Virus record (IMG/VR): IMGVR_UViG_3300021364_000016
Span: 4,494 to 68,493 of that record
Strand: one strand, 5' to 3'
Source: a virus
Length of the DNA: 64,000 nucleotides
The notes below the pieces were generated by a model. The model was not told the DNA's origin, searched no databases, and worked only from the letters and a program-made list of their open reading frames with translations. The position numbers and the translations under genes are program-made. This document shows, one piece after another, positions 27,553 through 37,026 of this stretch (within the stretch, counting starts at the first letter, position 1; every line of letters begins with the position of its first letter).

Positions 27553-29710
27553 CTGTATATTTTTTCTCCGTTACATCTTCAGCCCAATTGATTTCTTTTA
27601 GGTTTGATTGAATTTTATTCCACTTATGAAGTAAGAAGGAATCTTTCAAACAGTGCTCTGCTAATTTAACATCACCTTTAAGATAGTTATTAGCAAAGTT
27701 TTCAAATCTTCTTACCCAATCAGCTCTTGCAGAATTTTCAGATGATTCTAACGAGATATCTAATCCAAATCCTTGAGCAGTTGAACATGCATCCCATAAA
27801 TTAGGAAATACTTTCAACGCGTCAACAACAAGACCCGAAGCAAATATCGAAGCAGTATCATATTTCTTTACCATATCTTTTGCAGTAATTACTGCAGTAT
27901 TAGGTGCTTGATTATAATCTTTATCACCACTCATAGATAAGAAAGAAATACCAGCAAATGAACCTCTATTTTCGAAAACATACTTTTCTACTTCATCCCA
28001 ATCATCTACAATAATTGTATTTGATACGTTATGTCTTACACCTTTATCCGCGCAAAGTTCTTCATTTGTTCCAGCATTTACCCAATGCTGTTGAACTAAT
28101 TTTACCTTTTCAAGGTGCGTAATTCCTAATAGATCATCTTTAAAGATAGAACCTTTTTGTGGAAGAATAGGAAACGACACTACGACATCAGTTCCACCTG
28201 CAGACCATACACTTTCTTCTACCATGTACGGATTTGTTTTAATAATAGCCTGAGTAATCTCAGATTCTTTATTCATTTGAACATTACGTATATACATACC
28301 AGAATGCTCAGCATGAATACCACTAGCAGTTTGTAATAATACCGAAGCATTTCCGCTTGGCTTGACACACGTTGTTCTAGCAGCTGCGTTAATTCCAATA
28401 ATTTCTGCAACTTCTTTATTGACTTCTTTGACAATCTTTGCTCCTTTTTCTAGAATTTTCTTATTAAAAAGAATATCAGGATTATTCATCCATCCAGTAA
28501 CAGAAACACCTAGTAAAGCTTCTCTATCAAAGATCTTTTTAGATGTAGGAGACAAAAACTTAAAGTCAGTATAGCCGGCTTGTAGGGTACCGAGGATAGA
28601 CGCTGCCCGGCATGCCTTATAGAAGTCTTCCTCGGTATTACACATGCCTCCGTTGATTTCTGTAAGGTTACAGCCTTGCCATCCTGACTGTTTATTAATT
28701 TGAGGATACATACCAATCTCTACACAGGGATTAGTTGTATGTTCAGTTGATTCAACAAAGACAAATCCAGGTTCTCCAAACTGTTTCACAGATTGCATGA
28801 TCTTTGAAAAATCTTCGATTGAAGTTTTATCACGAACGATTACTGCTGAGTTATTAGATCTACCACGTTGTGGATTTTCCATAAACCAGTTACCAGTTTT
28901 TGCATTCATCATTTCTTCATCATCTGGAGAAAATAAACAAATAGTCGCTGATCTTCTAACACCACCTGAAAGTACTGCGTCTGCTGCATGCATTGTAATA
29001 TCATACACATCGATTGGACGAAGTGATACAGGATCTTTGGCATCAATAACCAACGTCTGTAATAAGTGTTCTACTTTATCTAAAGATCTTCGAAGACCTT
29101 CAGGACCTGGAGCTTTGAATCCACCTGAAATCTTAGCACCTTTTGGTCTAATTTGAGTTAAATCGAAAAATACTCTTCTACCTGCAAATTCTGGATATTT
29201 ACCACCATCAACAAAATACGAAGCCATTAGAACATCAAGTGCTGATGCCCAACCTTCAATTGAGTCTTCTACAACATATCCTTTTGCTTGTTTAGTACGA
29301 GTAGTAATTTTAGGTAATTTTTTAACATGATGTTTTTGAACGGAGAATCCTGCGCCTGCTCCACATAACAAAATATAAAATACTTCACCAAAAAATTCAG
29401 GTCTATCTACATAAGAAGAAGTACAATTATACATTCTCATTTGGTGTTTCATCAATTGTTCACCACCAAATTGTAATGCTCTTTGTGCTCCTAATACTCT
29501 TTGCTCTTTATAAGCTTGTCTTGCTTCCTCTAAATAATTAGTTAGTTCATTTGATTTATTGATATAATTTTTTTCGTGCATATCAATTACACGATCTACT
29601 GCTTCATCCCAAGATTCGTATCTCTCATCTTCTTCTAAATATCTGGAATATCCTTCATAGAACTTAGTTTGAGACAAAAATCTTCTTGTGTCAACATTTG
29701 CTGTTGCCAT
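27494..29710 (-). CDS. nrdJ: Ribonucleotide reductase, class II (monomeric RTPR-like)
   Basis: YNC, GGVRRSA, TNPCVEI, CNL, KPSG, C-terminal CVGGAC; no beta-subunit gene adjacent. Confidence 0.8.
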   Translation of the reverse strand: MATANVDTRRFLSQTKFYEGYSRYLEEDERYESWDEAVDRVIDMHEKNYINKSNELTNYLEEARQAYKEQRVLGAQRALQFGGEQLMKHQMRMYNCTSSYVDRPEFFGEVFYILLCGAGAGFSVQKHHVKKLPKITTRTKQAKGYVVEDSIEGWASALDVLMASYFVDGGKYPEFAGRRVFFDLTQIRPKGAKISGGFKAPGPEGLRRSLDKVEHLLQTLVIDAKDPVSLRPIDVYDITMHAADAVLSGGVRRSATICLFSPDDEEMMNAKTGNWFMENPQRGRSNNSAVIVRDKTSIEDFSKIMQSVKQFGEPGFVFVESTEHTTNPCVEIGMYPQINKQSGWQGCNLTEINGGMCNTEEDFYKACRAASILGTLQAGYTDFKFLSPTSKKIFDREALLGVSVTGWMNNPDILFNKKILEKGAKIVKEVNKEVAEIIGINAAARTTCVKPSGNASVLLQTASGIHAEHSGMYIRNVQMNKESEITQAIIKTNPYMVEESVWSAGGTDVVVSFPILPQKGSIFKDDLLGITHLEKVKLVQQHWVNAGTNEELCADKGVRHNVSNTIIVDDWDEVEKYVFENRGSFAGISFLSMSGDKDYNQAPNTAVITAKDMVKKYDTASIFASGLVVDALKVFPNLWDACSTAQGFGLDISLESSENSARADWVRRFENFANNYLKGDVKLAEHCLKDSFLLHKWNKIQSNLKEINWAEDVTEKKYTDVDTIASAACVGGACEIDF

Positions 29711-29744
29711 TGACTTCTCCGTTTTTGCTAATTTATATGGTAGT

Positions 29745-29773
29745 ATTATATATCAAAAAATCGGTTTTGTAAA
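29745..29773 (-). promoter_or_regulatory. Sigma70-type promoter for RNR
   Basis: TTTACA-17-TATAAT. Confidence 0.65.
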
Positions 29774-29789
29774 CCGTTATTTTTACGAT

Positions 29790-29996
29790 TTATGAGAAAT
29801 ATTTTTCAATCATATCTAAACGATCTTGTGCTGCAGCCATTTTATCTAATTCTGCAATAACCGCTTCTGTGACGTCAGAATGTTCTCCAATACCTGCCGG
29901 CATTGTTTTATATACTTCAATATTTGCTTTATGTACAGCAAGTTCACCTTCTGCTTGCTTCTTTGCTGCTTCAATTAATAATTCTCCGGTCTTCAT
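29790..29996 (-). CDS. Conserved phage hypothetical
   Basis: ANIEVY...PAGIGEHSD. Confidence 0.6.
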   Translation of the reverse strand: MKTGELLIEAAKKQAEGELAVHKANIEVYKTMPAGIGEHSDVTEAVIAELDKMAAAQDRLDMIEKYFS

Positions 29997-30388
29997 AATT
30001 TCACCTTTTTTCTGTTAGCTAGATGTTGTTCTTCAATTTCTTCTTTAGATTGCCCGTGATAAGGTACTGCATGATGTTCATATACCATTTTATCATTAAT
30101 ATTCGTATCAAACGTCCATATCTCTCCGAGTATTCTACCAAATTTTCCTCTTTCATCCTTATGTGTTTTTATCTTAAGCTCTCCAGCACCTGTCCATTTA
30201 ATTAAAAAATCTTTCGCTGCTAAACCATATTTCTTTTCTTCTAAATCTCTTGTGCGAGATTCTGGTGTATCAATTCCGTGAAGTCTTACTCTTTGGTTGC
30301 GTAACCATACACCAAATCCTAAATCAATATCAACATCAATAGTATCTCCATCGACTACTTTGATTAATTTACATCTATATTCAAACAT
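29993..30388 (-). CDS. Thermonuclease (SNase-like)
   Basis: VVDGDT.D...DLGF, RL.GIDTPESR, GKFGRILG. Confidence 0.85.
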   Translation of the reverse strand: MFEYRCKLIKVVDGDTIDVDIDLGFGVWLRNQRVRLHGIDTPESRTRDLEEKKYGLAAKDFLIKWTGAGELKIKTHKDERGKFGRILGEIWTFDTNINDKMVYEHHAVPYHGQSKEEIEEQHLANRKKVKL

Positions 30389-30981
30389 TATTTAATACCT
30401 TCTATTTTTGCGTTTACTTTACGATGACCATTCCATGCTACCCAACCACCGACACGTAATGCCCAATATGCAAGGTAATTTAAGAAATGAAAACCATTTT
30501 GTTCAATATTAATATCTCTAAAAATTTGATCTGCTCTTTTTTGATCAATAGTTCCCATTGTTTCCTTTTGACCTGATTTTAGTAATGTAGCATATTTGTA
30601 TGCATAATCATGAACTAAACCTCCCATCAATAAAACGCCTGTTGGAGATAACCATGTGTGTAAAAATTTAGGTATCGATGCTCCGTCAAACTTAAATCCT
30701 GCTGGAATAATATACCAATCACCTTCGATTTTAAATGCCCAATCATCAGCAACTTCCCAATGTCGAGTACCTGTCAACCACATCCAAATAGCACCCCAAA
30801 ATCCTTTTCCTGCAGTAGGTATCTTGATTGGTCTTAACTGAGGCATTACTCTATATTCGAATCCAATAATTTCTTCATCACAATCAACTCCTAATCTATT
30901 AGCAATCCAACCAATAATAATTAAAATACCTACAATTGTAAATTGCCACCAGGTGACAAGTAGATCCGTAATGATATCCAT
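30388..30981 (-). CDS. DUF1353-like protein with N-terminal TM
   Basis: PAGF.FDGASIP, HDYAY, ADQIF. Confidence 0.7.
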   Translation of the reverse strand: MDIITDLLVTWWQFTIVGILIIIGWIANRLGVDCDEEIIGFEYRVMPQLRPIKIPTAGKGFWGAIWMWLTGTRHWEVADDWAFKIEGDWYIIPAGFKFDGASIPKFLHTWLSPTGVLLMGGLVHDYAYKYATLLKSGQKETMGTIDQKRADQIFRDINIEQNGFHFLNYLAYWALRVGGWVAWNGHRKVNAKIEGIK

Positions 30982-31379
30982 TATTCTTCCTCCTTTTTAG
31001 GTTCTTCTTTCACCGCTTTTTCATAATAAACTATAATTTCTGTTTGTTGATTTATATATCTACGAATTTCAGCAATATTCAAGGCCAATAATTCATAGTC
31101 TTTCATACTTAACGCGACAAAAGCTAAGTCACCATATATGTCGGTGAATTCTTTTTCGAATGCTTCAAAATTTTCTTTTGTAACTACAAAGACTCGTGTG
31201 TCATTGAGTTGCAGCGGTTTCGGACGAGCTACTACCGGTATCTGAACCTTCTCTATTTTGGTTACTACTTTGATCTCCGGTTCCGGCATCAGGCGACTGC
31301 AACCACTGAGGAAGATCGCGCTGGCCGTTGCCACCAGTATCATCCATGAAACCGCGCCATAGTTTCGCTGTAGCGCCAT
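30981..31379 (-). CDS. Outer-membrane lipoprotein spanin (Rz1-like)
   Basis: Lipobox FLSGC, Pro-rich segment, overlaps the 3' end of the i-spanin gene. Confidence 0.65.
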   Translation of the reverse strand: MALQRNYGAVSWMILVATASAIFLSGCSRLMPEPEIKVVTKIEKVQIPVVARPKPLQLNDTRVFVVTKENFEAFEKEFTDIYGDLAFVALSMKDYELLALNIAEIRRYINQQTEIIVYYEKAVKEEPKKEEE

Positions 31380-31704
31380 TCATTTTTCCTTCTAAAACTT
31401 TTGAATCTTTTAGTGCTTCGACTACTAAATTTAATTTACTTAATTTTGTTCTTAATTCATCTCCATAAGCTTCTGCTTTTTGAAGAGACGTTTGTAATTC
31501 GTTATTTAATTTACCTAATTTCTGAATATCGCCTTTGAGAGTCTCTACGCTTTCATTTGCAGTATTAACTGCTACTTCTAATTTTGAATTGTTTTCTCGT
31601 AAAGTTGCGATAGTATTTTGTGTAGTGTCATAATAATATTTAGCACCATAACCTATGGCGCCTAATATTGCTACTATAAAAATAAGAGCATAAATTCTAA
31701 TCAT
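31201..31704 (-). CDS. Inner-membrane spanin (Rz-like)
   Basis: N-terminal TM plus long coiled coil. Confidence 0.65.
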   Translation of the reverse strand: MIRIYALIFIVAILGAIGYGAKYYYDTTQNTIATLRENNSKLEVAVNTANESVETLKGDIQKLGKLNNELQTSLQKAEAYGDELRTKLSKLNLVVEALKDSKVLEGKMNGATAKLWRGFMDDTGGNGQRDLPQWLQSPDAGTGDQSSNQNREGSDTGSSSSETAATQ

Positions 31705-31933
31705 CTGCTATAAATTTCGAAAATCTTTTCAGTAGTGCAGGTCTCTTTTTCTTTCTACGGTCAACTACATTAGTAGATGTAAATCGAGGACCCATTTGTG
31801 TTTGAGCTGGATTAGGTATAGATGCAGTTGTAGTATCATTAACATCTAATGTCTTAGGATAATTTTTATCTCCTGGCTTGAGTTTTCTCTTGCCAGCAGC
31901 TCTACGTTTTCTAATGTTGTCCCATAAACTCAT
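31697..31933 (-). CDS. Hypothetical basic protein
   Basis: LWDNIRKRR..G.....PGDK.YP motif; coupled ORF. Confidence 0.55.
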   Translation of the reverse strand: MSLWDNIRKRRAAGKRKLKPGDKNYPKTLDVNDTTTASIPNPAQTQMGPRFTSTNVVDRRKKKRPALLKRFSKFIADD

Positions 31934-32517
31934 TTGTAAATTTCCGATGCTGTAACGTATACTTTTTGATTTGTATTCATATGAACTGCCTCATATATAT
32001 CTATACCAAAAACATCTCCGACTGGATAACAATTATCAAAAATTTTTATCTTATCATTAATATTAACGTGTTGTTCAAAAAATTTGTTTACTAATTTTTC
32101 ATCGTTTACTTTGTAGATACCTGGAGATAATTGCCTGTCTTTAAGTATAAACCAGTTGTTTTGTTCGTTGAGGAAATCGAAAGAATCAAGGTCGACTTTT
32201 TGCAAGATGGATCGTAAGTCATCGTCGTTGAGTCCATATTGTTCTTTGATAAGGAACAATGCTGAAGCGAAAGATCCAAGTTTTGATCCTCCACCAGGAA
32301 TTTTAGAAACGAGACGCTTAATATTAGCAGCAAGACGAATGAAAGGAGTATAGGAATTTTTCTTTGCGTCAGTATCAAGTTTGACAGATTTAATCCTTTT
32401 ACCGTTTTCATCGATCACACCTTCTTTATATGCATCCCAACTTTTCCAATCCATTACCATCATTCTGATGAATCGGAATGTATATACTAGGTCTGTACCT
32501 CTTTTTAATATTCCCAT
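31930..32517 (-). CDS. Conserved T4-like hypothetical
   Basis: DLVYTFRF..M....W....AY..G.IDE.G, SFASALFLIKE. Confidence 0.65.
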   Translation of the reverse strand: MGILKRGTDLVYTFRFIRMMVMDWKSWDAYKEGVIDENGKRIKSVKLDTDAKKNSYTPFIRLAANIKRLVSKIPGGGSKLGSFASALFLIKEQYGLNDDDLRSILQKVDLDSFDFLNEQNNWFILKDRQLSPGIYKVNDEKLVNKFFEQHVNINDKIKIFDNCYPVGDVFGIDIYEAVHMNTNQKVYVTASEIYK

Positions 32518-32882
32518 TGTTTTCTTAAGACCTCAACTACCTTTTTATCCATATCGATGCCTATTAAATCATTATGTTGAATATACTTCTGATGAATTAA
32601 AAAAGGCTTTAATACCGAAAGTTGCTTTTCATTAAATTTAAATTCACACATTCGTAGCGCAGGTTTAAATTCAAAAACATTAAAGATGATAATTAAATGA
32701 TTTAATATCAATCTTTCAGCTAATTCACCTGTTTCAAAATAACGATTAATTAATCTTTTGAGATATTTAAATCTCTTTAGATCCTCATAAAATTCATCAA
32801 CATCTGAAAATTTTGGCCTGTAATAATTTTTGGCCGCATACATTAAGAAATTTTTGCTTGTCAGCTCATTAAAGTTCATCAT
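32505..32882 (-). CDS. Conserved T4-like hypothetical
   Basis: NF..YA.K.Y, EF.EDLKRFKY.KRL, ERLILNH. Confidence 0.7.
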   Translation of the reverse strand: MMNFNELTSKNFLMYAAKNYYRPKFSDVDEFYEDLKRFKYLKRLINRYFETGELAERLILNHLIIIFNVFEFKPALRMCEFKFNEKQLSVLKPFLIHQKYIQHNDLIGIDMDKKVVEVLRKQWEY

Positions 32883-32901
32883 GTAATTATATATTCAGAT
32901 G

Positions 32902-33678
32902 TTATGAATTCATTTTCGCATAAGCTGCCTTAATTCCTGCTAATTTATCTGTTGATTCTGTTTTAGCACCTGCTGCTGGATTTACGATTTTTTTATCACC
33001 TTGATCTTTGTCATTTTCTCTTTTTTTACTTTGATTAGTCTTTTTACCAGCATCTGCTGTCGCTTTTGCAGCAACATTACCATCAAACTTAGGATCAACT
33101 GATGCAGGTGGCTTATGATCGTCGATCATCTTCTTTGCACCTGGTCCGGTACCAAGAATTTCTTCATAATCCTGTGGCTTCGTTGCACCTTTGTAATGAG
33201 CAGCTCTATCACCTTCAAGCACAGCAATTAGTTTGTTTCTAATTGACATAGTTGACTCCTTTTGTTCTGCTTTATCGTCTTTACCATTATCTAATTTTGG
33301 ATTCATTTCAGCGGTATCTTCTTTACCCTTTTTCTTCTTCTTTTTATTTCGAAGAGCCTCAAAATCTTTACCATCAATATCACCATCTTTATCGTGATCA
33401 AGTTTATGTTGATCGCCTTTTAATGCTTCATCTAGATCTTCTTTTTTCATTAGATCTTTTCTGAGATCTCTTTGAAGTTTTGGTAATATTTGCGCTAATG
33501 TTTTCATTTGTGGTTCCGTAAGTTGTATATATTTTTGATATCCAGTACTAACTTGTACTCCTAATTTACCTTTGCCGGCAGAATATCTTGTAATTTGAAT
33601 TCCACCTCTGTTATAAAGGTCAGTTGCTTCTTGGACCGTTTCACGAGTGGCCCTAACCTCGTCGATTGTTTTAGCCAT
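32902..33678 (-). CDS. Probable internal virion protein
   Basis: Lys/Glu-rich; LDHDKDGDIDGKDF EF-like motif; several xxE potential cleavage sites. Confidence 0.5.
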   Translation of the reverse strand: MAKTIDEVRATRETVQEATDLYNRGGIQITRYSAGKGKLGVQVSTGYQKYIQLTEPQMKTLAQILPKLQRDLRKDLMKKEDLDEALKGDQHKLDHDKDGDIDGKDFEALRNKKKKKKGKEDTAEMNPKLDNGKDDKAEQKESTMSIRNKLIAVLEGDRAAHYKGATKPQDYEEILGTGPGAKKMIDDHKPPASVDPKFDGNVAAKATADAGKKTNQSKKRENDKDQGDKKIVNPAAGAKTESTDKLAGIKAAYAKMNS

Positions 33679-33689
33679 TTTTGTCTCCT

Positions 33690-33977
33690 TTAAATCATCC
33701 ATTGAGCCACCAATGAACCTACTCCCGCAACAACTGCGGCAATTACTATCTTATTTATAATACTTACAGTTCTTGAATTATCATCAACTGCTTTCTGTAT
33801 TTCATCGAGTTTGACTGACAGTTTGTTTAGTCTTTCTCGCATATTCTCATGATCGTCTTGTAATGCTATAATTTTCTCCTCTGCGCGAGCCATCGCCACC
33901 ATCGCGTCAGTTAGTCTATCTAACTTCTCCTCAATTCTATCTAATCTTTTAGCGTTTGAATCTGATGTCTCAGCCAT
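33690..33977 (-). CDS. Coiled-coil protein with C-terminal TM
   Basis: RLDRIEEKLD, ARAEEKI, hydrophobic tail. Confidence 0.6.
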   Translation of the reverse strand: MAETSDSNAKRLDRIEEKLDRLTDAMVAMARAEEKIIALQDDHENMRERLNKLSVKLDEIQKAVDDNSRTVSIINKIVIAAVVAGVGSLVAQWMI

Positions 33978-34117
33978 TATCTTTTTCCTTGACCTCTGTA
34001 TTTCTTAAAACTTCTTCTCTTACTCTTATTCATAGTAGAGAATATAGGCTTACGTCCAATTGTTGTACCATGTTTTTTTGGTTCATGCACTGATACTGTA
34101 CGAAATCTCATTGCCAT
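33977..34117 (-). CDS. Small basic protein (46 aa)
   Basis: Not in ORF track: ...NKSKRRSFKKYRGQGKR; TAATG coupling at both ends. Confidence 0.55.
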   Translation of the reverse strand: MAMRFRTVSVHEPKKHGTTIGRKPIFSTMNKSKRRSFKKYRGQGKR

Positions 34118-34473
34118 TAGTTATCTACCTTTGAACTTGCTCTCCACTGATAACAAGACCAGTATTTTGCTTTCCATTTAGGACCTGGATTATCACATCC
34201 GTGGCGAGCTCTGAAACTTGCTCTACGCTTTGGATCATCCCTTTTAATTTCCATATTAGGATCTCCAAATCTTACAACTACAACATTACCTTTTGGTCCT
34301 TTTACGTAAACTTTAAACTTCTTACCAGGATTCTCTGAAGTCCTAATTGGATCATTTAAGTTTACTTTTTTGCCTTTATATTCAGCTTCAGTGATCTGTA
34401 AATCTTCATAGATATCACACTGCTCGCAAACTTGATCAATTAATTCTTCTCTATAAGTTGTAAATTTTTTCAT
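34117..34473 (-). CDS. Probable internal virion protein
   Basis: MKKFTTYREE N-terminus; KKFKVYV..VRFGD..RASFRARH.C..KYWSC. Confidence 0.6.
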   Translation of the reverse strand: MKKFTTYREELIDQVCEQCDIYEDLQITEAEYKGKKVNLNDPIRTSENPGKKFKVYVKGPKGNVVVVRFGDPNMEIKRDDPKRRASFRARHGCDNPGPKWKAKYWSCYQWRASSKVDN

Positions 34474-34474
34474 G

Positions 34475-34702
34475 TTACCCACCAAACTCGTGACCTGCTA
34501 CTCTTCGCATTTGTTTATTGAATTCAGCCTGTGAAGGCTTTTCTTTATATAATTTAATAGAGATCTCAGGTCGGTCTTTTCCTTTGATTCTCCAGTTATA
34601 ACCTTTTTTCTTATGCTCTGGCTTTGACGTTTTGACTACACGTCTCTTATAGCCGGCGGCCCATGATTCTGATCCTTCATGAAATTCTTTAAATGTTTTC
34701 AT
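34475..34702 (-). CDS. Probable internal virion protein
   Basis: MKTFKEFHE N-terminus. Confidence 0.55.
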   Translation of the reverse strand: MKTFKEFHEGSESWAAGYKRRVVKTSKPEHKKKGYNWRIKGKDRPEISIKLYKEKPSQAEFNKQMRRVAGHEFGG

Positions 34703-34875
34703 TTGCATTTCTCTTCTGTTGCACTTAATTCTGTGTCTGCATCATGAATCCAAATATAACTCCAATGACCATTATCATTACACTTCCTTCCAAAAGAAAA
34801 TTGTGGATTATCCATAGGAGGTATTGCTGTACATCCAACTAAACCAAATATCATTAGTCCTAATAGTATTCTCAC
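34699..34875 (-). CDS. Small lipoprotein (58 aa)
   Basis: Not in ORF track: GTG start, GGAG SD, LLGLMIFGLVGC lipobox. Confidence 0.5.
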   Translation of the reverse strand: MRILLGLMIFGLVGCTAIPPMDNPQFSFGRKCNDNGHWSYIWIHDADTELSATEEKCK

Positions 34876-35126
34876 TTATTTTCTCCTTTTGTATCAGATC
34901 GTAGTGATGTTTTATTAGAAGATGAGTATGGTTCATTACCCATTTTTCTTCTCATATACTTTGATACGCCTTTTGGTCCTTTTACAGGAACTTTTAAATT
35001 AGGAAGCTTTTTATCTGACTTCATTGAAAGCTCACTAACACTTTGACCCGGTGTTATTTTTTTCATTAGTCTTACCGATTCTGGTGTGCCATAATCCAAT
35101 GGCCTTATGTCTTTAAATTTTTTCAT
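34872..35126 (-). CDS. Hypothetical basic protein
   Basis: MKKFKDI, YGTPE...KKITPGQ. Confidence 0.5.
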   Translation of the reverse strand: MKKFKDIRPLDYGTPESVRLMKKITPGQSVSELSMKSDKKLPNLKVPVKGPKGVSKYMRRKMGNEPYSSSNKTSLRSDTKGENK

Positions 35127-35644
35127 TTTCTTCCTATAAAGGTATGATCTTTCCACCTTTGTGATCTTTCATCAGGTGCATTTAGATCTACCCAATCGTC
35201 TACAACTTTTAGTCCTACTTCATCAGCAATTGCTTTAAAAGAATCATCCATGAATCTCCAACAATCTGGATTATCATGGTATTTTCCTTGTGAAGGTGCA
35301 ATTAAAATCATACATGAACCTTCTTTTAAAACTCTTTTCATTTCTGCAACACTTCGAAAAGGATTGCGAACATGTTCTAATGTCTGACCGCTAACAATCA
35401 AATCAATTGAATTATCCTCAAAAGGTAATTCATATTCTCCAGGCATAAGGTGAGTAACATTACCACCTCCGTTAATATCTGCTACATAATAAGTAGGATT
35501 TAAATTTTTAAATAATCCTTTGTAAGATCGATCTTGAACATTAATGTTTCGACCTCCTACATCTAAAATAGTCATACCATCTTTTAATTCATCAGCAATT
35601 TTACCAATTGCTTTCTTCATATTAGTCACTGAACTTGGGTGCAT
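35123..35644 (-). CDS. Class I SAM methyltransferase (Methyltransf_11-like)
   Basis: ILDVGG, LPFEDNSIDLIVSGQTLEH, EMKRVLK.G, DCWRF. Confidence 0.85.
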   Translation of the reverse strand: MHPSSVTNMKKAIGKIADELKDGMTILDVGGRNINVQDRSYKGLFKNLNPTYYVADINGGGNVTHLMPGEYELPFEDNSIDLIVSGQTLEHVRNPFRSVAEMKRVLKEGSCMILIAPSQGKYHDNPDCWRFMDDSFKAIADEVGLKVVDDWVDLNAPDERSQRWKDHTFIGRK

Positions 35645-36528
35645 TAATCAATTTCCTTCATTGCCTGTTTTAGTGTTTTGATTGCTTTATTTGCTTTCAT
35701 TTTTGTTGATCTATCTGAGTGCTTACCAGCAACTGCAGTTAAACCTTTAATTGCATTTTTTATACCATCTTTTGCTAGTGCCATATTAGCCCTAATGATA
35801 CCAGGAACTTCTTCATTTAAATATGATTCATTGGTTTCTTCTTTACCTTGAGCCATATCGCGATATCTTTTCTTCACTTCGGCAGTAGTCATACGACTTA
35901 CAGAAGTAATCATTGAAGGCTGTTTCACAATTTTTCTTAATCTAGCTTTTACTTCGCCTGGACTTGAACCACCGATAATCATATCTGGTAAACCTTCAAC
36001 TCCAACTTTGAACATAAAGTCTTCATTCATATGATTGTAACTTTCACTCGTATCTTTATCAAGATGTTTACCTCTATTTCTTATATTATATTTAGTACCA
36101 GTGCCTTTTGCCAACATGCCTTTGATTCCTGAACCAGGATCATCTTTACCATGATAACCAGCTGCTTTACCTGGTGGAAGCTTAGTAATCTTACCACCGC
36201 GCTTTTTAAAATCTGCTACAGCTTTATCATGAGCAGCCTTTTGTGCGGGTGTCATTGCTTCTTTTTTAACAGGTTTCTTTTCTTTATCAAGCATTTGTCT
36301 AACTTTTAAAAGTTTATCCTTGTCTGAAGGTGTCATCATTTTCTTTTTCATCTTATCAGCGTAGTTAGGCATAAAACCTTCTTTTTTATCTCCACCTTTT
36401 GCGGAAAGATAAGCTGCAACCGCCTGATCTCTGCGTTCCTCTTTTGATTTACCTTTAAACTGCGGAGCATCAGACTTTTGAAAGTCTTTTATCCAAGCTC
36501 CAATTCCATCTGATACTTTAAGTGGCAT
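35644..36528 (-). CDS. Lys-rich probable virion protein
   Basis: WIKDFQKSDAPQFKGKSKEERR..AVAAYL motif; LNE/MNE sites. Confidence 0.55.
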   Translation of the reverse strand: MPLKVSDGIGAWIKDFQKSDAPQFKGKSKEERRDQAVAAYLSAKGGDKKEGFMPNYADKMKKKMMTPSDKDKLLKVRQMLDKEKKPVKKEAMTPAQKAAHDKAVADFKKRGGKITKLPPGKAAGYHGKDDPGSGIKGMLAKGTGTKYNIRNRGKHLDKDTSESYNHMNEDFMFKVGVEGLPDMIIGGSSPGEVKARLRKIVKQPSMITSVSRMTTAEVKKRYRDMAQGKEETNESYLNEEVPGIIRANMALAKDGIKNAIKGLTAVAGKHSDRSTKMKANKAIKTLKQAMKEID

Positions 36529-36530
36529 AT

Positions 36531-36776
36531 TTATCTCCTAGACTCTTTATTAACTTTTTCTTTTTTAACTTTACCGTCAGCGCCTACAGTAGTAGGTTGA
36601 CCATATGGATCTTTTTTCTTTTTACCAGCATTTCCTGCCTGTTGAACTTTATGGCCTAGATACGCGCCGGCTGCTGCACCTACTGGACCGCCTGCTAATC
36701 CGCCAGCGACACCACCGGCTACTGCGCCAGCAATACCTTCTTCTAATTCTTCTTTTAATTCCCAATAAGTTTTCAT
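36531..36776 (-). CDS. Glycine-zipper protein with CTS-like N-terminus
   Basis: MKTYWELKEELEE then GAVAGGVAGGLAGGPVGAAAGAYLG. Confidence 0.55.
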   Translation of the reverse strand: MKTYWELKEELEEGIAGAVAGGVAGGLAGGPVGAAAGAYLGHKVQQAGNAGKKKKDPYGQPTTVGADGKVKKEKVNKESRR

Positions 36777-36777
36777 T

Positions 36778-37026
36778 TTATCCTCTTACCTTTGCTGCCA
36801 AGTCTTTATCAGCTTTACCCCAAGTACCTGACGATTTTGTTACGAACGAATTGACTCTTGCTAATCCCCATTGTTGTGGTGTAGTACCTGGCCTATGGCC
36901 AGTTCTCCAAGCGGCAACTCCTCTGTTATAAACCTTTCGAAGAATACCAGCCGGCATTCCTGATTTTTCGGCTTTCTTTTTAATAGCAGCATCTGCTTTT
37001 TCGTTAATGTATTCTTTGAATCTCAT
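36778..37026 (-). CDS. Probable internal virion protein (DUF5824-like)
   Basis: MRFKEYINE; L..VY.RG.AAW.TGHRPG...QQW..ARVNSF. Confidence 0.65.
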   Translation of the reverse strand: MRFKEYINEKADAAIKKKAEKSGMPAGILRKVYNRGVAAWRTGHRPGTTPQQWGLARVNSFVTKSSGTWGKADKDLAAKVRG

